In this document: positions 43,130 through 45,432 of the stretch, piece by piece
Numbering within the stretch: position 1 is the first letter of the stretch
Layout of the letters: each line of letters opens with the position of its first letter
From: a virus
DNA: 45,432 nucleotides
IMG/VR virus record: IMGVR_UViG_3300042261_000976
Span: 68,627 to 114,058 of that record
Reading direction: 5' to 3' (one strand)
Notes under the pieces: generated by a model
Database searches by the model: none
What the model was told of the DNA's origin: nothing
The model's input: the letters and a program-made list of their open reading frames with translations, nothing else
Translations under genes and position numbers: made by a program

Positions 43130-43996
43130 TTAAAATGTTATTCCTTTTCTTATCATATCTGTATATAACCATCTATTGACATCGTTCTGTAAAAAATTTA
43201 TATTACCATAACCTGTATCAACTTCAAGTATAGAAATTACAATACCTTTTCCATTTGTAATATTTCCAAATAAATTAACAGGGTCCCCTAATTGATACAT
43301 ATTTCCAGCGGCATAACCACTTCCGGTATTATATAAATAAATTGATTTTACCGGACCAATATTTTCTATTGTTGATGTTATATCAACTATCAATCCAGAA
43401 CCTGACATTGATGTTGATGATTGAATTCCTTCTCCCACATAATAATCATAACCCGGAGAAAGCAATGTCAATTCAACAACAGAACCATTATTATCAACAG
43501 AATAAGCTATTACACTACCATTTATTCCATTACCATTTCTATTAACAAGTGTTATTATTTCACCTGCTGTATATCCAGACCCACCGTTAATTGGTGAGCT
43601 ATTAATTGTTTTTATTGATTTATCGTATAAATCTATTACCATAACAGATCCATTTGATCCCCCTGATAAAGTGATAATATCTCCTATCATATAATCCCAT
43701 CCACCGTTAATTGGTGAGCTATTAATTGTTTTTATTTGTGATTGTGATATAACAATCCCATTACTTCCCAATTGATTACAATTGTTAATAGCATAAAGAA
43801 CTCCACTAACATTCGTAACACTGGAAATTCCATCCATCAAAGAAGAAGTTGTGGCATCAACTCTTGTACCGAATGAAGTTGTAATAGAAATTGATTGTAT
43901 CATTTCTATCAATTTTTTCAATAAATCAATAGTTTCTTCTGTTAAACCATTAATTTCTTCAACTGTATTATTAAATATTTTATTTTCAGCCTTCAT
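43130..43996 (-). CDS. Tail-fibre-like protein with internal duplication
   Basis: Repeat KTINSSPINGG(W/S)(D/G)Y..G(D/E)IITL x2. N-terminal 80 aa homologous to the N-terminus of 44009..44335. Confidence 0.4.
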   Translation of the reverse strand: MKAENKIFNNTVEEINGLTEETIDLLKKLIEMIQSISITTSFGTRVDATTSSLMDGISSVTNVSGVLYAINNCNQLGSNGIVISQSQIKTINSSPINGGWDYMIGDIITLSGGSNGSVMVIDLYDKSIKTINSSPINGGSGYTAGEIITLVNRNGNGINGSVIAYSVDNNGSVVELTLLSPGYDYYVGEGIQSSTSMSGSGLIVDITSTIENIGPVKSIYLYNTGSGYAAGNMYQLGDPVNLFGNITNGKGIVISILEVDTGYGNINFLQNDVNRWLYTDMIRKGITF

Positions 43997-44008
43997 TTTT
44001 TATAATTG

Positions 44009-44335
44009 TTATGTAAATGATAATCTGCTTCTTATGTGTTGATTATATAACAATCTAGCAGTGTCCATTTGTATATATTTAGCATCAACTCCCGATAATT
44101 GATTCACGCTTGTCACGGTAGGTAAAGTAGCAGTTCCACCAAAATTGGATAATGTTGATACTGTAGTTATAGTTCCAGCATCAATATTAACTCTTAATCT
44201 TTGATTTGTATCTTGTGTGGCCAAAGGTTGTAAAAGTTCAATTAATTTTCTAAGATACATTACAGTATCTTCGGTTGCTGGGTTAACTTGTGTCCCGGAA
44301 GTGTTCATTAAATTTATATTTTCTGAATAAGACAT
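44009..44335 (-). CDS. Small fibre-module protein sharing the N-terminal domain of 43130..43996
   Basis: TEDTVMYLRKLIELLQP...RLRVNIDAGTITTVSTLSNFGG vs TEETIDLLKKLIEMIQS...TRVDATTSSLMDGISSVTNVSG. Confidence 0.4.
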   Translation of the reverse strand: MSYSENINLMNTSGTQVNPATEDTVMYLRKLIELLQPLATQDTNQRLRVNIDAGTITTVSTLSNFGGTATLPTVTSVNQLSGVDAKYIQMDTARLLYNQHIRSRLSFT

Positions 44336-44341
44336 AATTTT

Positions 44342-45432
44342 TATTTATTTTATTATCCACCCGACACCACTCAAAGGAATAATATTAATTGATGTATTAT
44401 GATATTGAATGTCGAATGTCGAATATCCATTGATAAATTCTTGGTTGTATATATTAAAATTTACAATACTATATCCGATATTATTTATAGTATATCCATT
44501 TTGATTACTCGATGATATAGGCGACATATTTAAAATAATATTTGAATTTGACGTCCCTGAAGTTAATATGATGTCGTCGGTCGAAGTTAGATTAGTCGTT
44601 CCACTATATACAATTCTAAATGATGGAGGACCAGATGTCCCGGAACCATCTTTACCGGAAGAACCAGATGTTCCTGAATTTCCAGTAATTCCACTAGTAC
44701 CACTAGATCCAAAAAAACTACCATCTGCCCCGCTGGAACCACTAGACCCACTAATTCCATGAGTCCCAGCAATACCAGATGTACCACTGGATCCATCAGA
44801 CCCTGATGTTCCACTAGTGCCCGATGTTCCACTTAAACCACTAGTTCCACTAGTCCCTGATATTCCACTGGTTCCACTAGTTCCGCTAGTTCCTGATGTT
44901 CCTGATATTCCGCTGGTTCCACTAGAACCACTAAACCCCGATGTTCCACTCGTTCCTGATGATCCGCTAGTTCCTGATGATCCGCTAGTTCCTGATGATC
45001 CGCTAGTTCCTGATGATCCGCTAGTTCCTGATGATCCGCTAGTTCCTGATGATCCGCTAGTTCCTGATGTTCCACTAACTCCATGTGTCCCCGATATTCC
45101 ACTAGTCCCACTAGTTCCTGATGTTCCACTAGTCCCACTAGTTCCTGATGTTCCACTAGTCCCACTAGTTCCTGATGTTCCACTAGTGCCACTAGTTCCT
45201 GATGTTCCACTAGTGCCACTAGATCCACTAGTTCCTGATGTTCCACTAGTGCCACTAGATCCACTAGACCCAGATGTCCCACTAATACCATGTGTCCCCG
45301 ATATTCCACTAGTTCCTGATGTTCCACTAGTGCCACTAGTTCCTGATGTTCCACTAGTGCCACTAGATCCACTAGTTCCTGATGTTCCACTAGTGCCACT
45401 AGATCCACTAGACCCAGATGTCCCACTAATAC
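44342..45432 (-). CDS. Collagen-like (Gly-X-Y) repeat tail-fibre protein, 3' portion; the gene continues past the window end
   Basis: Minus-strand frame reads ...GSSGTSGITGNSGTSGSSGKDGSGTSGPPSF... with Gly at every third residue for more than 250 aa and no stop codons. It runs into the non-collagen C-terminal domain that the track lists as a separate 60-aa ORF (44345..44527). The track ORFs 44568..44762, 44587..44832 and 44833..45426 are the other frames of the same repeat. Confidence 0.6.

Noticed and set aside
26730-43545. Further short ORFs embedded in or antisense to larger genes (26730..26927, 26801..26995, 27357..27557, 27606..27797, 28930..29338, 31024..31224, 32331..32657, 35215..35577, 35967..36251, 36949..37215, 37265..37510, 37725..37913, 38041..38334, 39628..39974, 40297..40623, 41301..41729, 43342..43545, 43851..44042)
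   Set aside because: Same reasoning: nested or antisense in strong genes. Several (31024, 39702) are frame artefacts of poly-K/E or poly-D/E coding tracts.
44568-45426. Track ORFs 44568..44762 (+), 44587..44832 (-) and 44833..45426 (-) with repetitive HQELV / PLVPD peptides
   Set aside because: Frame artefacts of a DNA tandem repeat. The Gly-X-Y frame on the minus strand is the coherent product.
1-45432. A eukaryotic large DNA virus (for example an entomopoxvirus) suggested by the very low GC content and the poxvirus-like TAAATG late start motif
   Set aside because: The portal, prohead protease and major capsid proteins align convincingly with T4 gp20, gp21 and gp23. A GIY-YIG Seg-like endonuclease, a gp43-type polymerase and rho-independent terminators are present. 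This is a T4-like phage.

Overview
AT-rich (~30% GC) double-stranded DNA sequence that reads as part of a large T4-like (Straboviridae-type) myophage genome. All identifications are by eye from recalled T4 protein sequences; no database search was possible.

The plus strand from about 15.7 to 24 kb carries a compact head-morphogenesis module. It contains a gp55-like late sigma factor, a gp20-like portal with an odd Gly-rich tail, a gp21-like prohead protease fused to a repeat-rich scaffold-like extension, and a gp23-like major capsid protein (MCP), each closed by clean rho-independent terminators.

Upstream (0.1-8.9 kb) are three adjacent structural genes built from FN3/Ig-like repeats, a period-5 Gly/aromatic repeat and an LRR protein.

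From 8.9 to 13.1 kb lies a four-gene tandem array of diverged paralogs (~35 kDa). Their N-termini resemble the T4 capsid-targeting sequence (T4 CTS 'MKTYQEFIAE'; here Y-x-x-F-[IL]-N-E). I flag this as a candidate family of capsid-packaged, protease-processed, injected proteins.

The minus strand from 29.8 to 45.4 kb carries several elements:
- the N-terminal half only of a T4-type family-B DNA polymerase (a split '43A'), followed immediately by a GIY-YIG homing endonuclease and a GC-rich structured element;
- a three-gene cluster I cannot match to any described phage system: a class-II aminoacyl-tRNA-synthetase catalytic-core paralog (EpmA/AsnA-like), an N/Y-rich prion-like protein, and a RimK-type ATP-grasp ligase;
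- a run of small acidic proteins with CTS-like N-termini;
- large tail-fiber-like proteins, including a collagen-like (Gly-X-Y) gene that the ORF track missed because it was framed incorrectly.

A short motif DPYGEE(D/N/S)W recurs in six places across five otherwise unrelated proteins. Most genes lack Shine-Dalgarno sequences.
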